A DNA stretch of 47,142 bases. Source: an uncultured virus (IMG/VR IMGVR_UViG_3300025767_000004). Lineage: Duplodnaviria > Heunggongvirae > Uroviricota > Caudoviricetes. Positions 19,292 through 27,594 of the stretch are shown in pieces. Each line of letters begins with the position of its first letter. Position 1 is the stretch's first letter. The translations under genes and the position numbers were made by a program. The notes under the pieces are model-generated. The model was not told the origin of the DNA. It worked only from the letters and a program-made list of their open reading frames with translations, and searched no databases. Location: the IMG/VR virus record IMGVR_UViG_3300025767_000004, one strand, 5' to 3'.

Positions 19292-20209
19292 TTATTTCAT
19301 TAAGAAACCAAGTTCGTAAACCAGTGGTCTCATACGGTCCTCAAGACCTTTGTACATATCACGGAACTCTTTAAAGTCATCAGAGAAGTATTCCTTCCAT
19401 ACCAACTTTAGTTGTGCGTAACCCGAATCCCAACTATCTAAATGATTGTGGTCATCAGCCATCACCTGACGCATCTGAAGTGACTGTTCAACCAATTCGG
19501 TTGCTTTGTCTAAGACCTCCTTTGCATCGTCAGAGAGTTTGTCATAGATACGTTCTTCACCAAAGAGAAGATTGTATACATGACGGTCTGAAGAGGTACG
19601 AGCGTCGTTGTAAAGATTGTCGTAACCGTTCTCGTCAGCCAATTCTTTCATTCGGTCTTTTGACATCCAAAAGAATTCGTTTTTGATATCCCACAACTTG
19701 TATTTATATTCTACCTGACGAAGAGAGGATTGGTTAGAGGCCGAATTAAAAAGTGAGTAAACTAAAGAATCATATTTGAATTGTTCGAATTGCACATGTG
19801 CTTCATTGGGTACTAAGTACTCATCTTTACTGTTAACCCAATTACTATTAACCATTTTTCTAACCGAAAATGTTAAACAAACCCTAATAAAGTTGTTTTG
19901 GTGTACCGATAAACCGTGAGCCTTAGAAAAGGTCGATGAACATAATGACACACCAGTTCCACTCTCATTAACATTATTTGAATTATTCATCAAATAACCT
20001 AATGAGCCTTTAACTACTTTACCGCTACCTTTATCTGTTACATTAGTAGCTGAAGTCATTTGTGGTACATCAAAAGTTTTCATACCTTTAAGTGGCTCTC
20101 TTACCCATCGAGAAAGCGGCTCTCTACTATCAGTATTATAGATAGTTTTTTTTCCTTCGACTTGTATTTCCAAATCACTACTCACCCCTAAAACATCAAA
20201 TTCAAACAT
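19292..20209 (-). CDS. C-terminal (specificity/helical) part of a split type IIG-like R-M enzyme
   Basis: Same frame as, and 33 nt downstream of, the nuclease-MTase ORF; has own promoter. Confidence 0.6.
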   Translation of the reverse strand: MFEFDVLGVSSDLEIQVEGKKTIYNTDSREPLSRWVREPLKGMKTFDVPQMTSATNVTDKGSGKVVKGSLGYLMNNSNNVNESGTGVSLCSSTFSKAHGLSVHQNNFIRVCLTFSVRKMVNSNWVNSKDEYLVPNEAHVQFEQFKYDSLVYSLFNSASNQSSLRQVEYKYKLWDIKNEFFWMSKDRMKELADENGYDNLYNDARTSSDRHVYNLLFGEERIYDKLSDDAKEVLDKATELVEQSLQMRQVMADDHNHLDSWDSGYAQLKLVWKEYFSDDFKEFRDMYKGLEDRMRPLVYELGFLMK

Positions 20210-20230
20210 ATCTTATTTTTTATTACAATA

Positions 20231-20261
20231 CAAATATAAGGTTTATTTTTTACTTGACAAA
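20231..20261 (-). promoter_or_regulatory. Bacteroidota-type promoter inside the R-M junction
   Basis: TTTG-N19-TATATTTG overlapping the upstream stop codon. Confidence 0.75.
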
Positions 20262-21721
20262 ATCGAAAATGATAATCCCCAAGATTTTACGTCAGCAAAA
20301 TTAGAAGAATCCATCAAAAACCCTTTTTCAAACTTCATCGACTCAAAAATAATCTCTCTTAGTTCTTTAGAGGATGGTCCTGAAAGGTACAACGGTGGTG
20401 TAAACATACAAAGATTAACACACATATCTTTTACCAACTTATAGATAAATTGATTGTATAGTTGTTGACGTGACTTACCCATTTTATCATCACTCATACG
20501 ATTACCAACCATAGTGTCTGAAAGACCTTTCTTTGTAGCTCCCTTCGCAGCACCATCATTCGCAGTACCATAAGGTGGATTCATCAACACAATGATTTGA
20601 CGACCTTCCTCGATAGCATTACGAAGACCTTCAGGAAGTTTCTCGTAGTCATCATTCAAGAAGTCGTACTGGAACTTTGTACCTTCAGGGTTGTAACCCA
20701 TTTGGTCAGCAGTGTCAATATCTGATTGATTCAATGTTGAAACATACAACTCACCGAATTTGTAGTCACGAGTCAAGTTACCTGTTCCCCATGCTGGGTC
20801 CCATACCACATACTCTTCTTTCCAATTCTCACCGTAAACAGACGCAATGTATTCGTGAGCTTTGTCCACCCAAATTGCAGGTGTGAAGAACTCACCTTGC
20901 TTGCGACGAGTGGTGTCCTCAACGATACGGTCAACCACCGCAGTTAACTTCTCCTTTTGAGATGGAGAGTATGATGAAGAGAAGTGTGCGAAGAACGACT
21001 CGTAAACCTCTCTCGATTGAACTGATACGTTACCGAAAGCCTTAGTCACCACCATCTTCACTCTTTTTGTTGGGTGAAGGTAGTTATCTTCTTTGTTAAT
21101 CAACAACTGTACGAATAGGTTCGCCTTCTCGTTGGTGTTCAATTTAACTCTTTTACCCAACACCTTCTCATCAAAGTAACGGAACACCTCAGTGATGTTC
21201 TTCTGAGTAACCAATACTTTACGTTGGATGTTGTCGGTCAAATCCTTAACCTTCTCAATACAATCAGAGAAGTTATCAGAACCGAAGATGAATGGATTAA
21301 TGTTTTCATCGTTCATAAGAGCAATCACCAATTCAGGGATTCGGTGAGCCGATGACGGAGCGACCTTCCAATCGAGGTCCATCTCCAAATACTTCACAAC
21401 ATCGTTTACGTGAACCACGAAACACTCGTTACGGTCACCAACGAAGATAGTAGAAGGAGGAATGATTCCTTTGTCGTAGAACTTCTTAATGTAGAAGATT
21501 GACTGAGCAAGAACCTTTACCTGTTCAGTCTTCTGAGTCAACTGTAGGTCGTTCTTGTACTCCATAAGGACACGAATCTTTGAAGACTTTGACACACCGA
21601 AACCATCACAACCGAATGGTGAAGTGATTTCCATGTCTTTAAATTTTGTCATAAATGAGTGACGGTAGATGTTTTCAACATCCTTCTCGTTAACCGCCAT
21701 GTAAAGTTCGTCTGTCCCCAT
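20243..21721 (-). CDS. Type IIG-like PD-(D/E)XK nuclease-N6-adenine MTase fusion, N-terminal part
   Basis: CDGF...MEYK...Q...Y; GEFFTP (motif X), WDPAWGTGNL (motif I), NPPY (motif IV). Confidence 0.85.
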   Translation of the reverse strand: MGTDELYMAVNEKDVENIYRHSFMTKFKDMEITSPFGCDGFGVSKSSKIRVLMEYKNDLQLTQKTEQVKVLAQSIFYIKKFYDKGIIPPSTIFVGDRNECFVVHVNDVVKYLEMDLDWKVAPSSAHRIPELVIALMNDENINPFIFGSDNFSDCIEKVKDLTDNIQRKVLVTQKNITEVFRYFDEKVLGKRVKLNTNEKANLFVQLLINKEDNYLHPTKRVKMVVTKAFGNVSVQSREVYESFFAHFSSSYSPSQKEKLTAVVDRIVEDTTRRKQGEFFTPAIWVDKAHEYIASVYGENWKEEYVVWDPAWGTGNLTRDYKFGELYVSTLNQSDIDTADQMGYNPEGTKFQYDFLNDDYEKLPEGLRNAIEEGRQIIVLMNPPYGTANDGAAKGATKKGLSDTMVGNRMSDDKMGKSRQQLYNQFIYKLVKDMCVNLCMFTPPLYLSGPSSKELREIIFESMKFEKGFLMDSSNFADVKSWGLSFSILSSKK

Positions 21722-21750
21722 ATCTATAAGTATTTTCCTTTATTGTTCTA

Positions 21751-21781
21751 CAAATATAATAATTAAGTTTGTATTGCACAA
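21751..21781 (-). promoter_or_regulatory. Repeated cassette promoter, copy 1
   Basis: TTGTGCAATACAAACTTAA-N4-TATATTTG. Confidence 0.8.
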
Positions 21782-21791
21782 CCATATAATA

Positions 21792-21824
21792 AAAAAATCC
21801 CCACATTTCTGTGAGGACTTATTT
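21792..21824 (-). terminator. Intrinsic terminator, copy 2 of 25-bp direct repeat
   Basis: CCTCACAGAAATGTGGGGA-T7 on minus strand. Confidence 0.85.
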
Positions 21825-22547
21825 TTAGATGATTTCACAGTGTAGGTTCACCCCAAACTGTTTTGACACCATTTCCATTCGTTTCACCTTTGTGGTGTTA
21901 GAACCCCATGTGGACATAAACAATCCATTCTCCATAGGAACTCGATTATACTCACTGAGCGAATCACGGAACTCGTCTTTACTCTCTTTGAAGAACTGGT
22001 TGAACGGTCCCAATATTTCTTCTTTATCTCGACCCTTAATGATTTCATTCATTACCGTAACATAGGTCTCCTTTGCGGTGTTATTCATAATCACCTTATC
22101 TCCGAGGGTTACCTTAATGTTGGTAGATTTTGCTCGTCCCAACTTTTCCTTAACCTCATTCTTCTCCTCATCGGTCATCGTGGTATCGTTGTCGATACTG
22201 AACCCTAAGTCAATCTCCTTAACACCCAAATACCCGACCATCTTATCCAAACGCTCGTTGAAGGTGTCGATGTCTGACACATCAAACCACTCAGTGGTGA
22301 TGTTCTTACGGTCATCGTATTCCTTAATCACACGGTAGTCGTCAAAACATACGTGGAGGATACCTTCCAATTTACCCATATCCTCCGTCTCAAAGACTCT
22401 AATCATTAACACATCAAAAGGTAGGTGAGTCGAGTTTAACTGTGTCTCACGAATCTTATACTGTTTTGAGAGACCAATCTTGTGGTAACCATTTACAAAG
22501 TTACCACCGTGGTCAATAATTCTTGCTACGTATACATATCCTTCCAT
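21825..22547 (-). CDS. T5orf172/GIY-YIG nuclease with SeqA-C-like tail
   Basis: GYVY, KIGLS, RE.QLN, LE..LH, EWF; tail FMSTWGSNTTKVKRMEMVSKQFG; start 22547 or 22556. Confidence 0.8.
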   Translation of the reverse strand: MEGYVYVARIIDHGGNFVNGYHKIGLSKQYKIRETQLNSTHLPFDVLMIRVFETEDMGKLEGILHVCFDDYRVIKEYDDRKNITTEWFDVSDIDTFNERLDKMVGYLGVKEIDLGFSIDNDTTMTDEEKNEVKEKLGRAKSTNIKVTLGDKVIMNNTAKETYVTVMNEIIKGRDKEEILGPFNQFFKESKDEFRDSLSEYNRVPMENGLFMSTWGSNTTKVKRMEMVSKQFGVNLHCEII

Positions 22548-22548
22548 A

Positions 22549-22845
22549 CTATACATTCTCAGGGTTTAGTTCTTGATTCACCTTAATGTAATCCTCCTGA
22601 GTCCCCAAAACCGTTGGTTCTTGCCATTGGATTTCGTGTCCAGCATAAGTAAAACGTTCAAGGTCATTGTTATGAGACTCCAACATCTTTCCAAACACCT
22701 CAGATGGGTCTGTAAACATAAGTAAATCCGCGTCCATCTCAATAGAGAATGTGTGACCACCCTTTGGTCTCCAAGCTTCACCACCCTCATAAAAGGCTTT
22801 GTTTTCGAAATACTGTGCGTGTACTATAATTTTGTTTACTGACAT
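22549..22845 (-). CDS. Hypothetical protein
   Basis: 98-aa ORF with own promoter. Confidence 0.75.
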   Translation of the reverse strand: MSVNKIIVHAQYFENKAFYEGGEAWRPKGGHTFSIEMDADLLMFTDPSEVFGKMLESHNNDLERFTYAGHEIQWQEPTVLGTQEDYIKVNQELNPENV

Positions 22846-22893
22846 ATCTTATATAATTTAAAGTGTGATTATTCCTTTGTCTCTCTGACACTT

Positions 22894-22924
22894 CAAAGAT
22901 ACAATTTAAGTTTGTATTACACAA
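22894..22924 (-). promoter_or_regulatory. Repeated cassette promoter, copy 2
   Basis: TTGTGTAATACAAACTTAA-N4-TATCTTTG. Confidence 0.8.
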
Positions 22925-22942
22925 GGAATATTTGGTAAAGTT

Positions 22943-23548
22943 TTAGTCTTTTAACCTCTCGCCCGTTTCTTTGATGATAAATTGTGACATATTATTGGTC
23001 CCACTACCACCTCTTTTACCGTTTACGAATTTAACAATCCCATTATTATATAGTTTGTTTGGAGTATCAAAGACCTCCCCGTTGAAATGTAACAGTCCGT
23101 TCTCATCGAGTAATACATCATAGTCAACACCCTTATATCGTCTCACCAGCTCTATTTTAGAACCCATCTCCTTAGATAAGTCTGATAATCTATGGTCTAT
23201 GTCGACCTGAACCTTTTCCTTCTCCTCAACGATGTTGTAGTGCTCTGCTCCGTACGCATTCATAAAGTTAATGAACTCACCAGTCAACGTATCCTCATCA
23301 TCTCTGAACCACTCCCCGTGTGTCCTACGACTGTCCAAAATCGAATGTAACATCTTCTCAACTCGATTCATATCATCCACCTTATATACCGTTACCACTC
23401 GGTAACCAACAGGTGACTTTGTACGGTTCAACTGATTCTCTCTCTGTATCGGATTAATCGATAACCCGATTTTCTTGTCGTTGATGTCCATAGGTCTATC
23501 CATAACATCGTACAACTCTCCCAAATATATATAACCTTCTTTTTCCAT
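22943..23548 (-). CDS. T5orf172/GIY-YIG nuclease with RAMA-like tail
   Basis: GYIY, KIGLS, VEKMLH, GEWF; tail YKGVDYDVLLDENGLLHFNGEVFDTPN. Confidence 0.8.
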   Translation of the reverse strand: MEKEGYIYLGELYDVMDRPMDINDKKIGLSINPIQRENQLNRTKSPVGYRVVTVYKVDDMNRVEKMLHSILDSRRTHGEWFRDDEDTLTGEFINFMNAYGAEHYNIVEEKEKVQVDIDHRLSDLSKEMGSKIELVRRYKGVDYDVLLDENGLLHFNGEVFDTPNKLYNNGIVKFVNGKRGGSGTNNMSQFIIKETGERLKD

Positions 23549-23551
23549 ATC

Positions 23552-23788
23552 TTATCCTAAGTGTGAGTTAAATTCTTTCATCTCCTGAGCCCATTCTTTC
23601 TTAATAAGGTAAACCTCATTTGCAATCCATGAAAGGTCACTACCATTGATACTTCCGTACACCTCAATCTGACGGTTAGTGAAGTACTCAACCTTCTCCG
23701 GATTATTAGCTGCAGTGTGGTAAGCAATTTTAGGAAGGTATCCGTTTTTGTATGGGTTCATTGGGTTCATAGTGTTCATACTGTTCAT
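23552..23788 (-). CDS. Hypothetical protein with MNx N-terminal repeat
   Basis: 78-aa ORF starting MNSMNTMNPMNPY. Confidence 0.7.
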   Translation of the reverse strand: MNSMNTMNPMNPYKNGYLPKIAYHTAANNPEKVEYFTNRQIEVYGSINGSDLSWIANEVYLIKKEWAQEMKEFNSHLG

Positions 23789-23816
23789 AGTCTCTATCTC
23801 TTTTTGTTTAACAGTA

Positions 23817-23848
23817 CAAATATAAGACTTAAGTTTGTATTACACAAA
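23817..23848 (-). promoter_or_regulatory. Repeated cassette promoter, copy 3
   Basis: TTTGTGTAATACAAACTTAA-N4-TATATTTG. Confidence 0.8.
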
Positions 23849-23857
23849 TATTAAAAC

Positions 23858-23883
23858 AAAAAAAAGAGGGATTAACCCTCTTT
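23858..23883 (-). terminator. Intrinsic terminator
   Basis: AAAGAGGG-TTAAT-CCCTC-T8 on minus strand. Confidence 0.75.
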
Positions 23884-24021
23884 AATTGTACTCTTCTCCC
23901 AACCCTCAACCTTTAAGGTCTCACAGAGTGTATATGCATTCACACTTTGTCGGGTTCCTGTCATTTCAACTTTCTGACCATACCGGTCCTTTTTTGTTGA
24001 ATTCACAATAAATGTCTTCAT
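23872..24021 (-). CDS. Small hypothetical protein (49 aa)
   Basis: Manual translation MKTFIVNSTKKDRYGQKVEM...STIKEG, bounded by own promoter and terminator. Confidence 0.6.
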   Translation of the reverse strand: MKTFIVNSTKKDRYGQKVEMTGTRQSVNAYTLCETLKVEGWEKSTIKEG

Positions 24022-24048
24022 AGTCCATCTTTTTTGTTAATACTAAAA

Positions 24049-24079
24049 CAAATATAGACCGTAATTTTTTATTATACAA
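24049..24079 (-). promoter_or_regulatory. Bacteroidota-type promoter
   Basis: TTG-N20-TATATTTG. Confidence 0.75.
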
Positions 24080-24082
24080 CCC

Positions 24083-24823
24083 CTACCAATATTTTATTCC
24101 AAACGAACAACTATTTGACGATTGAGTGTCGTGAGCCTGCCATATAATTTGGTCAGTCATTGCATAAGTCTTCATCTTCTCAAATTGGTAGTTTATCCAT
24201 ACATCAACAGGACCAATCACCGGTAAGTTATCTAATAGTTTCTTAGCACCTTCATAGGTCAACATATAACCAGATAACCAAAACAATCCATTATATACCT
24301 CATGTAGTAAAGGACTGTAGTTTTTTGCTCTGATAGATGCAGTTCTAAGATACGATAAATAAAACAAGTCCCAATCTTTTGGTAATTCCTTAGTCATTAC
24401 CGTACCTAACTTCTCTAAAAAATCATGACTAAACGCAATGTCATCTTCTAAGATTAAGGTTACGGGTATTTTATTATCAACAATATTCTTCCAAATCGCA
24501 TAGTGTGAGAAGGTAATTGCAGATTCAACCTCAGTAGTCACTACAGACTCACCAGTACCGTAATACTTCTTCACCCTGTCTATCTCATCAACTAAGTAAT
24601 GATAGTCGAAATCATACTCTCTTTGGTGGATACCTGAAGGAAATTTACTCATCGTTTGGGTATCAATAGCATCAAAGTATCTACTCTCATCTTTAAGAGT
24701 CTTACCGTCATTTAACCCAATACGACCAATCCTATTATCTAACTTTTCTTTTCTATCGTCACGACTCTTTAAACTAATAATAACCGTATCATTAATATAG
24801 TCACTCCATATAAACTCTTTCAT
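24083..24823 (-). CDS. Glycosyltransferase family 25
   Basis: IISLKSRDDR, SHYAIW, LILEDD, DWDLFYL, GYMLTYEGAKKLL, PVD; TATTTATA at 24839-24846. Confidence 0.9.
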   Translation of the reverse strand: MKEFIWSDYINDTVIISLKSRDDRKEKLDNRIGRIGLNDGKTLKDESRYFDAIDTQTMSKFPSGIHQREYDFDYHYLVDEIDRVKKYYGTGESVVTTEVESAITFSHYAIWKNIVDNKIPVTLILEDDIAFSHDFLEKLGTVMTKELPKDWDLFYLSYLRTASIRAKNYSPLLHEVYNGLFWLSGYMLTYEGAKKLLDNLPVIGPVDVWINYQFEKMKTYAMTDQIIWQAHDTQSSNSCSFGIKYW

Positions 24824-24858
24824 TTAATTTGCTTTATCTATAAATACAAACTAAATTT

Positions 24859-24883
24859 AAAAACGAAGGGTTTCCCCCTCGTT
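24859..24883 (-). terminator. Intrinsic terminator with GAAA loop
   Basis: AACGAGGGG-GAAA-CCCTTCGTT-TTT. Confidence 0.75.
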
Positions 24884-24890
24884 ATATTAA

Positions 24891-25442
24891 CTAAACATTT
24901 ACCAAATCCCCTCTGTAACGGTAGTGATATCTTTGGATGTATCCTCCTGCGAATATCGCTCGGGTCTTGAACTTCTTAACCCCGTCTGTCGTCTTAACGT
25001 TTGCGGAAACTTCAACTCCTTTCACACCTTCGTCAATGTTAACCTTACCCTTCACAACCATATCGTCTGTGATGTACTTCTCAATCGCTCTTACCAACTT
25101 AACACGGTTTGCAATACGGTACTCTTCTAAGTAAGTCTTCAAAGATTTCTCGTTGATTGCGGTGTTAACCATATCGTTCACTTTATACGCCGTTCTGTAA
25201 TTGTAAAAGTTTTTTCTATCATCTAAGAACTCTAAACAACCAACCTCTTTCAATGAGAACTGACGAACTCTACGGTAGATAGAGTTTTGGTTAGTACCAA
25301 ATCCACCCTCTTCAACTGGGTACTCCTCTAAGAAACTATAGAAAGAATTACGAACTTCCATAAATCTGTCGTTCTCTCTCTGTACCAATTTGTCGATTAA
25401 CTCTTCTGCTTTTTTAGTGATTGTTGTCTTTGCGTTTGTCAT
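24891..25442 (-). CDS. Hypothetical protein
   Basis: 183 aa; C-terminal IFAGGYIQRYHYRY; promoter at 25483-25513. Confidence 0.75.
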   Translation of the reverse strand: MTNAKTTITKKAEELIDKLVQRENDRFMEVRNSFYSFLEEYPVEEGGFGTNQNSIYRRVRQFSLKEVGCLEFLDDRKNFYNYRTAYKVNDMVNTAINEKSLKTYLEEYRIANRVKLVRAIEKYITDDMVVKGKVNIDEGVKGVEVSANVKTTDGVKKFKTRAIFAGGYIQRYHYRYRGDLVNV

Positions 25443-25482
25443 GATTATTTGTTTTATTGATTATTACCCCTTTTGTTCAATA

Positions 25483-25513
25483 CAAAGATACAATAATAAT
25501 TCAATACTACAAA
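25483..25513 (-). promoter_or_regulatory. Bacteroidota-type promoter
   Basis: TTTG-N19-TATCTTTG. Confidence 0.75.
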
Positions 25514-25518
25514 CTTAT

Positions 25519-25728
25519 TTAATAATCATTTCGAATTACTTTAAAATAATCCATAGCTTGTGAAGTGGTAAACTCAAGCTCCAACCCCACATTGAGACCT
25601 TCAATACAGGTGATGTGTATATACCCATCAACCACAGGTCCGTGATACTCATATCTTTCACCAACTAAAATCGGAGCTATATCCTCCCCTAAAGAGACCG
25701 GGGACTTACATTCTAAAATTGTCTTCAT
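25519..25728 (-). CDS. Hypothetical protein
   Basis: 69-aa ORF. Confidence 0.6.
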   Translation of the reverse strand: MKTILECKSPVSLGEDIAPILVGERYEYHGPVVDGYIHITCIEGLNVGLELEFTTSQAMDYFKVIRNDY

Positions 25729-25738
25729 ATATTTTTAT

Positions 25739-26293
25739 TTATCCTATTTTTACTACATAATGTACGTGGCGACGGAAACCTTCGTACTGTTCTGACTTAT
25801 TACCGTAAAGTACTCCGTCAACTAAACCTAATGCGTGACCCTTAACAATGATGAAGTATCTACCTTTTGGGTGCTGCTCCATAAAAGACTTTACCGTATA
25901 TCCTGTGATTTTTTTATACTTTGGATTTGTAAGTAGTTGTTTCTTCTTTTCTTCACCGTAAGCATATTTTGGACACCAACCCATCATAGTGAGTTTTTTT
26001 CCATTCTTAACTCTACCGATAACATCACTCAAGTAACGTGAAGTGTAGGTACCTTTACGGTCCTGTCTTTTAAACATCTTTTTAACCCATTTGTGAGCGA
26101 TATCATAAGACACATCTAAAGTCACCATAAAGGCTCTGACAACACAATCATTTCTCTCGCCTTTAGCTAAGAAACTCTCAGATTTTGATAATTGAATCGT
26201 ATCACAGAACATTTCGTCCTTAATTTTTTTAACCACTTTAGTATCTCCCCAAATGTTAGTCTCTGTCGTTGTATCAATTATCTGTCTTACCAT
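25739..26293 (-). CDS. Hypothetical protein with NDCVVRA...GHA motif (possible Cys-His papain-like fold)
   Basis: Cys and His motifs; own promoter. Confidence 0.6.
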   Translation of the reverse strand: MVRQIIDTTTETNIWGDTKVVKKIKDEMFCDTIQLSKSESFLAKGERNDCVVRAFMVTLDVSYDIAHKWVKKMFKRQDRKGTYTSRYLSDVIGRVKNGKKLTMMGWCPKYAYGEEKKKQLLTNPKYKKITGYTVKSFMEQHPKGRYFIIVKGHALGLVDGVLYGNKSEQYEGFRRHVHYVVKIG

Positions 26294-26314
26294 ATCTTTA
26301 TCGTTTTGTTACTA

Positions 26315-26344
26315 CAAAGATAAACAATAAATCCATACCCACAA
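26315..26344 (-). promoter_or_regulatory. Bacteroidota-type promoter
   Basis: TTG-N19-TATCTTTG. Confidence 0.7.
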
Positions 26345-26366
26345 CTATTTATTGTAAAAATATTCA

Positions 26367-26807
26367 ATGACTAAAGAACAAATATATATGGACATCGCTA
26401 AACTCATTTCCAAACGTAGTAAATGTAGTAGGTCTAAAGTTGGTAGTATTATAGTGAAAGACGACCATATTATTTCAACAGGGTATAATGGGACCCCAAC
26501 GTCTAATCAAAACTGTTGCGACGTATTTAAGGATAGACCCTCATCAGAACACTTTGAGTGGAGTAAAATACACGAGATTCACGCAGAACAAAATGCAATT
26601 CTATGGGCATCTATAAATTCTTTCTCTATTGAAGGTGCTGACATATACACCACTATGAGACCGTGTATACAATGTACTAAATTGATTATCGGAGCAAAAT
26701 TAAAAAGAATCTACTATAGTATTGATTACCGTAAAGAATTACACCTTAACACCATACAGGAAAAGTTTTTATCCGACAACGGAGTTGAATTAATACACAT
26801 ACCTTAA
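26367..26807 (+). CDS. dCMP deaminase
   Basis: RSKC...VG, GYNG, HAEQNA, PCIQC. Confidence 0.93.
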   Translation: MTKEQIYMDIAKLISKRSKCSRSKVGSIIVKDDHIISTGYNGTPTSNQNCCDVFKDRPSSEHFEWSKIHEIHAEQNAILWASINSFSIEGADIYTTMRPCIQCTKLIIGAKLKRIYYSIDYRKELHLNTIQEKFLSDNGVELIHIP

Positions 26808-26819
26808 GGTATTAAGTCA

Positions 26820-27071
26820 CTACAGAATATCGTCTTCTATACTATCAATAGTGATATCCGTTTTATTTATTTCTTTTAGTTCACGTTTAATTTTAACGTA
26901 TAAAAAATAAACTATACCAATAGACGCCACTACCGAACACAACACCGATGTCGTATAAGTTAATGGGGTAACGATAAATATGATTAACGATAATATCGAA
27001 ATAATAACCGAAAAAACAGACACTATTAATAGACAAATAACCAATAAATAAAAATTGTCTTTTTTAAACAT
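26820..27071 (-). CDS. Two-TM membrane protein
   Basis: Two hydrophobic helices; promoter at 27090-27120. Confidence 0.7.
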   Translation of the reverse strand: MFKKDNFYLLVICLLIVSVFSVIISILSLIIFIVTPLTYTTSVLCSVVASIGIVYFLYVKIKRELKEINKTDITIDSIEDDIL

Positions 27072-27089
27072 AATATATAAAATTTAGTA

Positions 27090-27120
27090 CAAAGATAAGT
27101 TTTTATTTTTTATAATCCAA
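27090..27120 (-). promoter_or_regulatory. Bacteroidota-type promoter
   Basis: TTG-N20-TATCTTTG. Confidence 0.7.
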
Positions 27121-27121
27121 G

Positions 27122-27550
27122 TTATTTTAAATCTATTCTCATTTGAATTCCACTCTCGGTCATACCACACTTTTCATAGAATTTTTTAATTTTTTTGTCA
27201 CAGTTAAGAATAACTTTATAACAACGTCTTTCTTCCGCAACCTCAATCAATCCATCAATAAGTAATTTACCAACACCCTTACCACCATTACTTTTAGTTA
27301 CCGCAACATCCTCAATCAGTCCAACAAATGAACCACCGTGTAGTAATTTCTCTAATACGTGTAAAGTAGCAGTACCAATTAACGTACCCTTTTCTTCAGC
27401 AACCATAGTATGTATTTGCTTATTCTCCATTATTCTCCACCAATATCTCATGGCTTGAGGAGTATTCCCAAAACCTTCACTTAAAATTTCACAGATTCTC
27501 TCTAAATCCTCGAATTTCGCCCTTCTAATTATAATTTCACTATTTTCCAT
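27122..27550 (-). CDS. GNAT acetyltransferase, glucosamine-6-phosphate N-acetyltransferase (GNA1)-like
   Basis: GTATL..EKLLHGG..GLIEDVAV, GKGVGK, CYKVILNC, FYEKCG. Confidence 0.85.
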   Translation of the reverse strand: MENSEIIIRRAKFEDLERICEILSEGFGNTPQAMRYWWRIMENKQIHTMVAEEKGTLIGTATLHVLEKLLHGGSFVGLIEDVAVTKSNGGKGVGKLLIDGLIEVAEERRCYKVILNCDKKIKKFYEKCGMTESGIQMRIDLK

Positions 27551-27555
27551 AACGT

Positions 27556-27581
27556 AAAAAACCCCACAGAACTGTGAGGTT
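27556..27581 (-). terminator. Intrinsic terminator
   Basis: AACCTCACAG-TT-CTGTGGGG-T6, same family as 19260/21792. Confidence 0.7.
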
Positions 27582-27594
27582 GTATTTTTTTTTT

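Noticed and set aside
20210..20245. Stop-codon read-through or alternative genetic code joining the R-M halves
   Set aside because: Two in-frame TAA codons plus a promoter in the gap; TAA, TAG and TGA all end intact genes elsewhere, consistent with code 11
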